Shown piece by piece: positions 10,518 through 19,923 of a DNA stretch of 64,000 nucleotides. Every line of letters begins with the position of its first letter. Position 1 is the stretch's first letter. The translations under genes and the position numbers were made by a program. The notes under the pieces are model-generated. The model was not told the DNA's origin and searched no databases. It worked only from the letters and a program-made list of their open reading frames with translations. This DNA is from an uncultured Prevotellaceae bacterium (lineage in GTDB: Bacteria > Bacteroidota > Bacteroidia > Bacteroidales > Muribaculaceae), in contig ONIL01000007.1 in NCBI GenBank assembly GCA_900317835.1, positions 3,527 through 67,526 of the forward strand, in the 5' to 3' direction.

Positions 10518-13500
10518 ATGTTGAGAACAGTAAAGCTTTTAGCATTGGTGGCAATGTTCTTTGTAGCATTGTCGTCAAGCGCTCAGGTGACGACCTCGGC
10601 ACTGTCGGGTGTTGTGACCGATGAAAACCAGCAGGCGATGATTGGTGCTACGATTACCGCCCTGCACACCCCTTCGGGCACGAAGTACAACGCCGTGACC
10701 AATATGGACGGCCGTTACACCATCCAGGGTATGCGTCCTGGTGGCCCGTACACCGTGACGGTGAGCTATGTGGGCTATGAGTCCCGCAGCATTAATGGGG
10801 TGTCACTGCAACTGGCCGAGACCTCAAATCTTGACTTCGACATGAGTGTTGACGCTAATGCGCTGGGTGAAGTTGTCGTTACCGCGGCTGCCACCAAGTT
10901 CAGGGCTGAAAAGACCGGTGCTGCTACCAATATCAACAGCGCACAGATCACCAATCTGCCCACCGTGACCCGCAGTCTGACTGACATTACCCGCCTGTCG
11001 CCCTACGGTGGTAACGGCATGAGCTTTGCCGGTACCGACGGTCGTACCGCCAACTTCACGGTCGATGGTGCAAACTTCAACAACAACTTCGGTTTGAGCG
11101 ACAATCTGCCTGGTGGTGGCAACCCCATCAGCATTGAAGCCATCGAGGAGATGCAGGTTGTGATTTCACCCTACGACGTTCGTCAGACCAACTTCATTGG
11201 TGGTGGTGTGAATGCTGTGACCAAGAGCGGTACCAACAAATTCCGCGGCAGTGCTTACATCTTCCACCGCAACGAGAACATGCGTGGTGATGCTGTTGAG
11301 CGCACCCAAATCGGTCAGGCACGCGAGAAATTCAAGGTGACTACCTACGGTGCTACCATCGGCGGCCCGATCATCAAGGACAAGCTGTTCTTCTTTGTGA
11401 ACGGTGAGATGACCAAGCAACCGACCATCGTCAACATGTGGCGTGCTTCACAGAACGGTGTTGCCGTTCCTGACCAGTACATCTCTCGCACCTCCCTGGC
11501 CGACCTGGAGCGCGTGAGCAATTTCGTAAAGAGCAAATATGGCTATGACACGGGTTCATGGACCAACTTCCCCGCCGACGAGAACAACTACAAGCTGCTC
11601 GCCCGCCTGGACTGGAACATCAACCATGACCACCACTTGGCCCTGCGCTACAACTACACCAAGAACCGCTACTGGAGCAATCCCAACGCCACCTCGATGG
11701 ACGGTGGCACCCGTATGGCTACTGCCCGTGTATCTCAGAAGTCCTTCTCGTTTGCCAACTCAATGTATGGCATGGACAACCTGGTACACTCCTTCTCATT
11801 TGACCTGAACAGCCGCCTGAGCGACAACCTGTCGAACCAGTTCCTGGCTACCCTGTCTAAGCTGGACGACATCCGCGCCAGCAACTCGAGCGAGTTCCCC
11901 TTCATCGACATCACCATGACCGATGAGAATGGCGACACCGACAACTACATGGCCCTGGGTTATGAGTTGTTCACCTGGAACAACGCCGTTCACAACACCA
12001 TCTGGAACCTGCGTGACGACGTGACCTGGTACTATGGTAACCACAAGATCATGGGTGGTCTGTCATTTGAGCATCAGATGGCCGACAACCAGTACATGCG
12101 CAATGGTACCGGTTACTACCGCTACAACAGCGTTGACGACTTTATCAACGGTGCCGCTCCCGAGGTCGTTTGCTTGACCTACGGTTACGGTAGCGAGACC
12201 AAGCCTGCTGCCCGCGTGCAGTTCAACAAGGCTGGTATCTATGCTCAGGACGAGTGGAACGTGACCAAGAACTTCAAGCTGACCTACGGTCTGCGTCTGG
12301 ATGGTCTGTTCTTCAATAATGGTGACCTGATCACCAACAACGCCATTCTGGCCCTTGACTACTATGACAACGACGGCAACGTCCGCCACATCGACACCGG
12401 CAAGTGGCCGAGCAGCAACCTGATCGTGCAACCCCGCTTGGGCTTCAACTGGGACGTATTTGGCAACAAGGCACTCAGGGTGCGCGGTGGTACGGGTCTG
12501 TTCTCGGGCCGTCTGCCCCTGGTATTCTTCACCAACATGCCCACCAACGGTGGTCTGGTTCAGTATCAGGCACAGCTCAACAGCAAGAACACCGACATGA
12601 GCCTGTTTGCTGGCGGTCTTGTAACTGACTCCGAGGGACATGCCACTATCACAGCCCTGCGCAACAAACTCATCGAAATGGGTTATCCCGAGAACGTGAC
12701 TTCCGACATGGGTACTGTTCCCTCGGCTGTCAATGGTGTGGATCCCAACTTCAAGATGCCGATGGTATGGAAGACCTCATTGGCTGTTGATTACCAGATT
12801 CCTGTATCGTTCCCCTTCAGCGTAACTATCGAGGGTATCTTCAACAAGAACATCAACGCTGCCAGCATCAGCGACTGGTCTATCCCCAGCGTGGGTGGTT
12901 ATGCACGCTTCAACGGTGCTGACAACCGTCCCATCTATCCCGCCGGTTTCCGCACGGGAACCAAGGCCTTCGTCCTGGAGAACACTAGCCGCGGTTATGG
13001 CTGGATTGGCAACATCACCTTGAATGCTGATCCCACCGACTGGTTGAGCCTGATGGCTGCCTATACCCACACCGTGCAGAAGGAAGTCACCGGTATGCCC
13101 GGTAGCGCTGCTGAGAGTGCCTTCACCTATGTTCCCACCATTGAGGGTCCCAACAACATCAAGCTGCACAACTCGCAGTATGTAACTCCTGACCGTTTCA
13201 TCTTCTCGGCAACCGGTCATGACCACAGCGGTAACCACTACGGCCTGATTTATGAGGCTTGGCGTGGCGGTTACAACTACTCCTACATGATGGCCAACGA
13301 CATGAACGGCGACGGCTACAACTACGACGCACTCTACATCCCCACCGACGAGCAAGTGGCCAACCGCGAGTTCCGCTTCGTGAGCGAGGGTGACAAGAAC
13401 CGCTTCATGGACTATGTACACGCCAACGACTACCTGAAGAACCATCAGGGCGAGTATGCCGAGGCCTATAGCCTGTACAATCCCTGGGTTCACCGCATCG

Positions 13501-13802
13501 ACCTGAGCTACAAGCACGACTTCAATGTGAACGTGTGCGGCGCTAAGCACACCCTGCAGCTGCTCTTTGACGTGAAGAACGTCTTGAACCTGTTCAACTC
13601 GAGCTGGGGCGTGAGCAAGTATCTCAATCCCGAGATCGGCAGCGATCCCCGCATCCTCAAGTATGAGGGCGTTGACGCACAGGGTTACGCCACCTTCTCG
13701 ACTCCCAAGTCGATCGACGGTGCCACCAAGACCTTCGTTCCCAACAAGGCCATCGGTCAGTGCTGGAATGCATCTATCGGTATTAAGTACATCTTTAACT
13801 AA
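10518..13802 (+). CDS. TonB-dependent transporter (Oar-like, with N-terminal carboxypeptidase-regulatory-like domain)
   Basis: SPI (SSSA-Q), LSGVVTDE..MIGATI N-domain, plug motif GRTANFTVDGANFNNNFGL / GGVNAVTKSGTN, C-terminal IGIKYIF; ATG 10518 preferred over GTG 10293. Confidence 0.92.
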   Translation: MLRTVKLLALVAMFFVALSSSAQVTTSALSGVVTDENQQAMIGATITALHTPSGTKYNAVTNMDGRYTIQGMRPGGPYTVTVSYVGYESRSINGVSLQLAETSNLDFDMSVDANALGEVVVTAAATKFRAEKTGAATNINSAQITNLPTVTRSLTDITRLSPYGGNGMSFAGTDGRTANFTVDGANFNNNFGLSDNLPGGGNPISIEAIEEMQVVISPYDVRQTNFIGGGVNAVTKSGTNKFRGSAYIFHRNENMRGDAVERTQIGQAREKFKVTTYGATIGGPIIKDKLFFFVNGEMTKQPTIVNMWRASQNGVAVPDQYISRTSLADLERVSNFVKSKYGYDTGSWTNFPADENNYKLLARLDWNINHDHHLALRYNYTKNRYWSNPNATSMDGGTRMATARVSQKSFSFANSMYGMDNLVHSFSFDLNSRLSDNLSNQFLATLSKLDDIRASNSSEFPFIDITMTDENGDTDNYMALGYELFTWNNAVHNTIWNLRDDVTWYYGNHKIMGGLSFEHQMADNQYMRNGTGYYRYNSVDDFINGAAPEVVCLTYGYGSETKPAARVQFNKAGIYAQDEWNVTKNFKLTYGLRLDGLFFNNGDLITNNAILALDYYDNDGNVRHIDTGKWPSSNLIVQPRLGFNWDVFGNKALRVRGGTGLFSGRLPLVFFTNMPTNGGLVQYQAQLNSKNTDMSLFAGGLVTDSEGHATITALRNKLIEMGYPENVTSDMGTVPSAVNGVDPNFKMPMVWKTSLAVDYQIPVSFPFSVTIEGIFNKNINAASISDWSIPSVGGYARFNGADNRPIYPAGFRTGTKAFVLENTSRGYGWIGNITLNADPTDWLSLMAAYTHTVQKEVTGMPGSAAESAFTYVPTIEGPNNIKLHNSQYVTPDRFIFSATGHDHSGNHYGLIYEAWRGGYNYSYMMANDMNGDGYNYDALYIPTDEQVANREFRFVSEGDKNRFMDYVHANDYLKNHQGEYAEAYSLYNPWVHRIDLSYKHDFNVNVCGAKHTLQLLFDVKNVLNLFNSSWGVSKYLNPEIGSDPRILKYEGVDAQGYATFSTPKSIDGATKTFVPNKAIGQCWNASIGIKYIFN

Positions 13803-13825
13803 TTCCTAAAGACTGAAACAATATT

Positions 13826-15343
13826 ATGAAACTCAAATATTTTATTTCGTTTTTTGCACTGGTAGCCCTCTTGTCGAGCTGCTCGGATGACGATGCGATG
13901 ACATTGTTTGATGAGATTCAGGTTTCGTCGTCCTATGTGGCCATTGATGAGGCTGGTGGATCTAACACGATTACCCTCAACGCCAAGGAAGCTTGGACGT
14001 TTGACTCCGAGGAACTGCCCGAATGGTTGACCGTCAGCCCGATGAACGGTGGTGCCGGTGAGACTAACGTGACCTTCAGCGCTGAAGCTGCCCCCGACGG
14101 CCGCACCGCTGTCCTCCACATTGCTTGTGGCGACAAGAAGCAGACCATCAACGTGATCCAGGGTCTTGCTACCGTTAGCGAGGCTACTTGCGCCGAGGTC
14201 ATTTCAGGCCCCGAGAGCAAAACCTACCGTGTGACCGGTACCGTGAAGTCGATTGTTAACACGACCTACGGTAACTGGTATCTGGAAGATGAGACCGGCG
14301 AGGTATACATCTATGGAACGCTGGATGCCAAGGGTGGCACCAAGAACTTCCTGAGCTGGGGCATGGAGGTTGGTGACATTGTCACCGTCGAGGGTCCCAA
14401 GACCGTTTATAACGGTACTGTAGAGCTGGTTGACGTGACCGTCATCAATATCCAGAAGTCGCTCGTCAAGGTCGAGGGTTATGACCCCGAGGATGCTACC
14501 ATTCCTTTGGAGGGTGGCAACGTGGCCGTTAGCCTGAGCTGCAAGACCAACAACGGCATCTCGGTCGAGATTCCCGAGGATGCCAAGAGCTGGCTGGGCA
14601 TCGTCTCCATCACTGGTGGCGCTGAGCCCGTGGTAACCTTCCATGCCAATGCCAACAATGGCGGCGACCGCAGCACTACTGTAGTCTTCAAGACCACCGA
14701 TGACAAGGGCAAGGAATACACCGCCCAGGCAACTATTTTCCAGAAGGGCGCTATCGTTGCTTGCTCGATTGCCGAGTTCCTGGAGGCTCCTGTGGGCGAC
14801 ACCCAGTACCGCATCACTGGTGTGATCACCCAGGTAGCTAACCCCACCTATGGCAATGTTTACGTTCGTGACTGGTCTGGTGAGACCTACGTCTACGGCA
14901 TCGGCGCCAAGGGTGACTTTGAGGCTGCTGGTCTCAAGGTTGGCGACGTTGTGACCCTCGTGGGTAAGCGCGGCGAGTACAAGGGCGATCCTCAGATGAC
15001 TGGCGCGATCCTCGAGGCCAGCATCCCCGTGACCCCCATCGACATCGACTCGTTCCTGGATCAGCCCGATGATCCCAACACCTACTACATGCTGACGGGT
15101 ACCATTACCGAGATTGCCAACCCGACCTACGGCAACCTCTACCTTGAGGACGAGACCAACTCGGTATATGTCTATGGTACTTATCCCGGATGGGGCGCTA
15201 CTGGCGACAACCGCAAGAATTGGCTTGAGACCGCAGGTATTGAGGTCGGCGACAAGCTCTCGGTTATCGGCGTCAAGAGCACCTATAACGGCACTCCGCA
15301 GTTGGCCAACGGCATCTACTTCTCTCACGAGAAGGCCCAGTAA
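13826..15343 (+). CDS. Surface lipoprotein with BACON domains and three OB-fold repeats
   Basis: Lipobox LLSSC-SDDD; BACON-like WLTVSP/WLGIVS segments; three repeats of (Y/R)xxTGxIxxIxNxTYGNxYLxDxTGxVYVYG...VGDxVT. Confidence 0.8.
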   Translation: MKLKYFISFFALVALLSSCSDDDAMTLFDEIQVSSSYVAIDEAGGSNTITLNAKEAWTFDSEELPEWLTVSPMNGGAGETNVTFSAEAAPDGRTAVLHIACGDKKQTINVIQGLATVSEATCAEVISGPESKTYRVTGTVKSIVNTTYGNWYLEDETGEVYIYGTLDAKGGTKNFLSWGMEVGDIVTVEGPKTVYNGTVELVDVTVINIQKSLVKVEGYDPEDATIPLEGGNVAVSLSCKTNNGISVEIPEDAKSWLGIVSITGGAEPVVTFHANANNGGDRSTTVVFKTTDDKGKEYTAQATIFQKGAIVACSIAEFLEAPVGDTQYRITGVITQVANPTYGNVYVRDWSGETYVYGIGAKGDFEAAGLKVGDVVTLVGKRGEYKGDPQMTGAILEASIPVTPIDIDSFLDQPDDPNTYYMLTGTITEIANPTYGNLYLEDETNSVYVYGTYPGWGATGDNRKNWLETAGIEVGDKLSVIGVKSTYNGTPQLANGIYFSHEKAQ

Positions 15344-15365
15344 GCCAATTACGCATAACATTTCA

Positions 15366-15399
15366 AAAAGGGGAGTCACCATCACGGCGACTCCCTTTT
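15366..15399 (+). terminator. Intrinsic terminator after the TBDT-lipoprotein operon
   Basis: AAAAGGGGAGTCACC-atcac-GGCGACTCCCTTTT. Confidence 0.8.
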
Positions 15400-15414
15400 A
15401 TGTCTCAAACGACC

Positions 15415-15441
15415 GCACGTCTCACGACGTGCCACCCTGCG
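15415..15441. repeat. 27-bp REP-like palindromic repeat, copy 1
   Basis: GCACGTCTCACGACGTGCCACCCTGCG, identical to 15610-15636; internal GCACGT/ACGTGC hairpin. Confidence 0.8.
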
Positions 15442-15542
15442 GCAACAACGTCCCCACAGTGGAGCATCCCGCTACGCGGCAAGCTTCACTTCGGGGCAGG
15501 ATGACACGATCCATCGTGCCGCACCTCTTCAAGGTGCGGTCG

Positions 15543-15574
15543 TTTGCACGTTTCAATTATTATCACTACCTTTG
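15543..15574 (+). promoter_or_regulatory. Sigma-A promoter (TTTG-N20-TACCTTTG) of the phosphodiesterase gene
   Basis: Both -33 and -7 consensus elements with a 20-nt spacer. Confidence 0.75.
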
Positions 15575-15609
15575 TAGAAAATAACAGACACCTTAAGCAA
15601 GGCACAACT

Positions 15610-15636
15610 GCACGTCTCACGACGTGCCACCCTGCG
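15610..15636. repeat. 27-bp REP-like palindromic repeat, copy 2
   Basis: Exact direct repeat of 15415-15441. Confidence 0.8.
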
Positions 15637-15746
15637 ACGTTGGTTTACCCACAGAGGGTGAGTCATAACAGGTTAACAACTATATCAGGTCTTTGACCAG
15701 TTTCAATTGAGTAAATATAGACTAAACTGATATTCATACTAGACAC

Positions 15747-16952
15747 ATGATGATGCGAAGAATTTACCTTTTTATTTTGTTGGCAGCCGTGTTGCCATGG
15801 CAGGCATGGGCGGCAGGAAGTGACACTTACACGGTGATCATCTCGCTCGACGGCCTGCGGTGGGACTATCTCGACACCTATGACGTGCCATTCTTGAACC
15901 AGCTGGCGCGCGAGGGTGTCAAGGCGGTGATGCAACCGTCATTCCCGAGCAAGACGTTCCCCAACCACTACACGCTGGCGACAGGTCTCACGCCCGACCA
16001 CCACGGCATCATTGCCAACACCTTTTGGGATCGTGAAAAGGGCGTTGAGTTCTCATTGGGCAACAAGGTGACTCGTGCCGATGGCAGTTACTACGGCGGC
16101 GACCCCGTGTGGCTCACGGCCAAGCATCAGGGCGTGAAGACCGCCACCGTGTTTTGGGTGGGTAGCGATGTTGCCGTCAATGGAGAGCATCCCACCTACT
16201 GGCGTGACTACCAAACAGAGCAACTCGGCTTTGAGGAGCGTGTCGATGAAATCATCCGCCTGTTCAAGTTGCCCGAGAAGGACCGTCCCCACCTGGTGAT
16301 GGCCTACTTTGAGGAGCCTGACCGCAGCGGCCACAACTACGGACCGATGAACAGGTTGACACGTCGTGCGATGGAGGACATGGACCTGCTGTTGAGCAAC
16401 CTGTGGGCCCGCATCCAGTTACTGCCCATTGCCGACAAGGTGAATTTCATCATCACGGGCGACCACGGCATGACCAGCGTGGACCCCAAGCGATTTGTCG
16501 ATATCGACGACGTGGTGCCCAAGCAGTGGTATGACCGCTTCTGCAACGACTACCCCACCCTCATCTATGCCAGCGCGCCCGAATACATTGACTCGATTTG
16601 TAACGCATTGCGGGGTGTGGACCACATCCGCGCTTGGAAAAAGCAAGATGTGCCTGCCTATCTGGGTTACGGCACCAACAAGAACATGGGCGATGTGGTA
16701 GTGCTGCCCGACGTGGGCTGGCTCTTTGCCGACAAGCCCAGCAAGAAACAGCGCGGCAGCCACGGCTTTGACCACATGGCTGCCGACATGCAGGTGGGAT
16801 TCCGCGCCGTCGGTCCTGACTTCAAGGTGGGCTATGAGAAACCTGACCGCTTCCGCAACGTGTGCATCTATCCGCTGTTGTGCTACCTGCTAGGGGTAAC
16901 GCCATCGCCCAACGACGGCTCTCTTGACGAAGTGCGCGACATGCTGCGTTGA
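15747..16952 (+). CDS. Nucleotide pyrophosphatase/phosphodiesterase (alkaline phosphatase superfamily), secreted
   Basis: IISLDGLRWD, FPSKTFPNHYTLATG catalytic Thr, EEPDRSGH, TGDHGM, GSHGF; SPI signal. Confidence 0.92.
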   Translation: MMMRRIYLFILLAAVLPWQAWAAGSDTYTVIISLDGLRWDYLDTYDVPFLNQLAREGVKAVMQPSFPSKTFPNHYTLATGLTPDHHGIIANTFWDREKGVEFSLGNKVTRADGSYYGGDPVWLTAKHQGVKTATVFWVGSDVAVNGEHPTYWRDYQTEQLGFEERVDEIIRLFKLPEKDRPHLVMAYFEEPDRSGHNYGPMNRLTRRAMEDMDLLLSNLWARIQLLPIADKVNFIITGDHGMTSVDPKRFVDIDDVVPKQWYDRFCNDYPTLIYASAPEYIDSICNALRGVDHIRAWKKQDVPAYLGYGTNKNMGDVVVLPDVGWLFADKPSKKQRGSHGFDHMAADMQVGFRAVGPDFKVGYEKPDRFRNVCIYPLLCYLLGVTPSPNDGSLDEVRDMLR

Positions 16953-16999
16953 CCTCGATACTCAAGAGAGCCGTCCTTGGTTCGTCAGTATGTGATGTT

Positions 17000-18724
17000 T
17001 CAATTGTTGCCGAGAATCAGGTCAACGAGTGCTGTCAAGTCATTAACATTGAAAGCGCCGTCACCATTAACGTCGTTCACAGGATAGTTTCCTCCATTCA
17101 CACTGTTGAGCAGCTGATCGACCATGAGTGTGACGTCATTGATCATCAGTTTACCGTCACCATTCAAGTCACCTGCTATGATGTTGTTAATCATCACATT
17201 CACCTCGGATTCACCCAAGGGGTAACCATCAAACCACTGGCCCATTAAGCAGTAATCCCACAATTTCTCGTAGTCACGGATGTCAACAAACCCATCCAGG
17301 GTGACATCAGCATAGATTTGGTGGGATGGATCAATGTATGGATTACCGTTGTAGGTAATGCCCAAGGCAAAATACCAAGTGTCAATGAGATCTGAAATGT
17401 CAATTGACCCATCACCATTGATATCACCAGGCCAACCATACTCATACATATCCATGTCCATTGTTCCAGGAGTGAGGAATGGATTGATTTCGGGACGTGA
17501 GTCATAACCGCATGACGTCTTGCCGTAGATAGTGATTTCACCACCACAGAAGTTCTCCTCTACTCTGAACTTAAGCAAGAACAGTTCATGTAACCCAATA
17601 TCCCATTTTGCTGAACCTGTGTACTCATACTCGTCATACTCGTTGAGTTCATAATTGGATATGTTCTTCGTGTTGCCTCCGATACGTGTAAAATCATTGC
17701 TGTACGACAAGTTTGCACGGGATACACCGGGGATGCCTTCGTCGTCGGTGTAGGCTACGTTCAAGCCATCGCCATTCACGACACCCAATGGAGTGAGGCC
17801 CTCGGGGAACTGGAACTCAACACCCCACGAGCTGACGTAGTTCTCAAAATAGGCACGAACGGGTACGGTAATTACCTCACCCACTTGGTTGCTGATCACA
17901 TCAAAACCATCAATTTCGAAGAAACAATCGAATCCGGTGAGGAGATAGGTATGGCTGGTAGAACTGCACTCATGCAGCACATAGCCTTCATAGTATATTC
18001 CAGTTAAGATATAATCTGCCAAACTCGTCATATCCCTGATATCGACCACACCGTCCTGAGTGACATCGGCGTATTCTGCAAATACGTGACCAGCATTATC
18101 GGGATTTACAATATAGTCAATCAATGAGGTCACATCACTTATATTAATCATTCCATCTTGGTCAACGTCTCCAACAGGATAATCGGCCCCCCATGGAGCC
18201 GAAGCTTCATGCAACCCTGTATCAAAGTTTGCATCATAGCTGCAGGTGGTCTTTGTGTTGACGATGATATCGCCTCCATTGAAGTCCCCGTCCACTCTGA
18301 TTGTTAAAAGGAGCATCTCTTCATAGTTGCCAGATGGCCATTTTACAGAGCCCACGAAATTGCCTTCCGAATCACAATAACTGGTGAGCATAAAACCAGA
18401 AAAATGATTATAGTTTTGGCCTTGACACAGTTCCATGCTAGCCGTGAGTGAGTCGGTTCCCCAGTCAAGGTAGCTCACTGAAGAATCAGCACCCTTGGTA
18501 CATTTCACTGGAGTGAGGCCTTCAGGAAACTGGAACTCGACATCCCACGCGCTGACGGGGGTATCAAATGAAGCTTTAACGGGCACGGTAATCCTATTGC
18601 CGATGTCATCGCTACTGATGCGTAAATCATTGATGTACAAACGGTTCTCGGCATGGACAACCAGTCCCGCCAGACATGCTGCAACAAGCAGCAACAGTTT
18701 GGAATAAAATGTCTTTTTCATCAT
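17000..18724 (-). CDS. Secreted protein with two cohesin-like domains and three dockerins
   Basis: SPI; two repeats ITVPVxAxFxxxVSxWxVEFQFPEGLTP; three complete dockerin duplications (GDVDQDG/ADVTQDG, GDINGDG/ADVTLDG, GDLNGDG/NDVNGDG). Confidence 0.8.
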   Translation of the reverse strand: MMKKTFYSKLLLLVAACLAGLVVHAENRLYINDLRISSDDIGNRITVPVKASFDTPVSAWDVEFQFPEGLTPVKCTKGADSSVSYLDWGTDSLTASMELCQGQNYNHFSGFMLTSYCDSEGNFVGSVKWPSGNYEEMLLLTIRVDGDFNGGDIIVNTKTTCSYDANFDTGLHEASAPWGADYPVGDVDQDGMINISDVTSLIDYIVNPDNAGHVFAEYADVTQDGVVDIRDMTSLADYILTGIYYEGYVLHECSSTSHTYLLTGFDCFFEIDGFDVISNQVGEVITVPVRAYFENYVSSWGVEFQFPEGLTPLGVVNGDGLNVAYTDDEGIPGVSRANLSYSNDFTRIGGNTKNISNYELNEYDEYEYTGSAKWDIGLHELFLLKFRVEENFCGGEITIYGKTSCGYDSRPEINPFLTPGTMDMDMYEYGWPGDINGDGSIDISDLIDTWYFALGITYNGNPYIDPSHQIYADVTLDGFVDIRDYEKLWDYCLMGQWFDGYPLGESEVNVMINNIIAGDLNGDGKLMINDVTLMVDQLLNSVNGGNYPVNDVNGDGAFNVNDLTALVDLILGNN

Positions 18725-18936
18725 AATGTCAGCATTTATAGGTTAATAAAAATAGAATAATCATCACACATATTAGTATTAAGGCGCTTCAGAAATCGCA
18801 CTTCACAAAAACAGCCTTATAGATAATGTCTCATTTTGGCGACATCATCGGTTAAGAATTCATGCTGCGAAAATAAATAAAAAAAACGAACTATTGTAGT
18901 GATGGCTATAATAAGTGTAGTAGGGGTACAAAAAAA

Positions 18937-19034
18937 GGGCAAGTGAGCTACAGCGCGCCGCTACAACCTCGTTACCCTTGCTCCGGTCAAGGCCTGGGGG
19001 ATTGGGAGGGAGCTGGCCGTGTAGGACTTACCCG
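18937..19034 (-). ncRNA. ffs: Signal recognition particle (4.5S) RNA
   Basis: Minus strand reads CGGGUAAGUCCUAC...CCCCAGGCCUUGACCGGAGCAAGGGUAAC...GAGCUCACUUGCCC: long hairpin with CAGG/AGCA SRP loops, TACCTTTG promoter just upstream and U-tract downstream. Confidence 0.85.
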
Positions 19035-19123
19035 ACTGCAAAGGTACTGCTTTTTCCCGAACTGGCAACACTTTTTACTGAAAAATATTCCAAACAAGTC
19101 TTAACCAGCTGACATCAAATGTC

Positions 19124-19894
19124 TTAAATATTCAGTTTGAACAGGCGGGCGGCATTGCGGTCGCTTGCAGCGCTCACCTCTTGGGGGCTCACGCCCAACG
19201 ACCTGGCGATGAAGTCATTGATATAAGGGATATTGGCACTCTCGTTGCGCTTGCCACGGTTAGGAACAGGAGCCAGATAGGGCGAGTCGGTCTCAAGCAG
19301 CAGGCGGTCAAGCCCAATGACGGGCAACAATTGGGGCACAGCGCTTTTCTTGAACGTGACAATGCCGTTCACACCGAAGTAGAAATCGCCTCGCTCACGG
19401 ATGCGCGCAACGTCGTCGGGGGTGCCCGTGAAACTGTGGAACACCCCACGGGGAACAGGACAGTCCAGATGGTCAATAACGTCGAGAATATCGTCCAAGG
19501 CATCACGACAATGCATGATGAACGGCAAATCCCGCTCGTGGCACCAGTGCAGCTGGACATCGAGTGCATGGTGCTGCTGTTCACGCCAAGTCTTGTCCCA
19601 GTACAGGTCAATGCCTATCTCCCCTATCGCCACCACAGGATACTGGTCAAGCATGGGGCGCATCGTGTCAAGCACGGCCTGGTAGTCATCATGCACATCC
19701 TCGGGATGCAGTCCAATCGTCATCGAGACGTAATCGGGATACCGCTCGAGCATCGCCGCAAGGCGTGGAATGCTCTCCACATTCTCGTTGGGCAAAATGA
19801 TGTGGCGCACGCCAGCCTCTCTCGCCCTCGTGATTACCGCATCGCGGTCCTCATCAAAGGCATCGCAATAGATATGGCTGTGACTGTCTATCAT
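19124..19894 (-). CDS. tatD: TatD family DNase
   Basis: MIDSHSH, IGLHP, IGEIGID, MHCRDA, FHSFTG, LLETDSPYLAP. Confidence 0.95.
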   Translation of the reverse strand: MIDSHSHIYCDAFDEDRDAVITRAREAGVRHIILPNENVESIPRLAAMLERYPDYVSMTIGLHPEDVHDDYQAVLDTMRPMLDQYPVVAIGEIGIDLYWDKTWREQQHHALDVQLHWCHERDLPFIMHCRDALDDILDVIDHLDCPVPRGVFHSFTGTPDDVARIRERGDFYFGVNGIVTFKKSAVPQLLPVIGLDRLLLETDSPYLAPVPNRGKRNESANIPYINDFIARSLGVSPQEVSAASDRNAARLFKLNI

Positions 19895-19923
19895 GGGTGA
19901 TGATCTCTATTTCTGGGAAATTC

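Noticed and set aside
18937-19034. Long intergenic hairpin as a novel ncRNA
   Set aside because: It matches the features of the known SRP RNA
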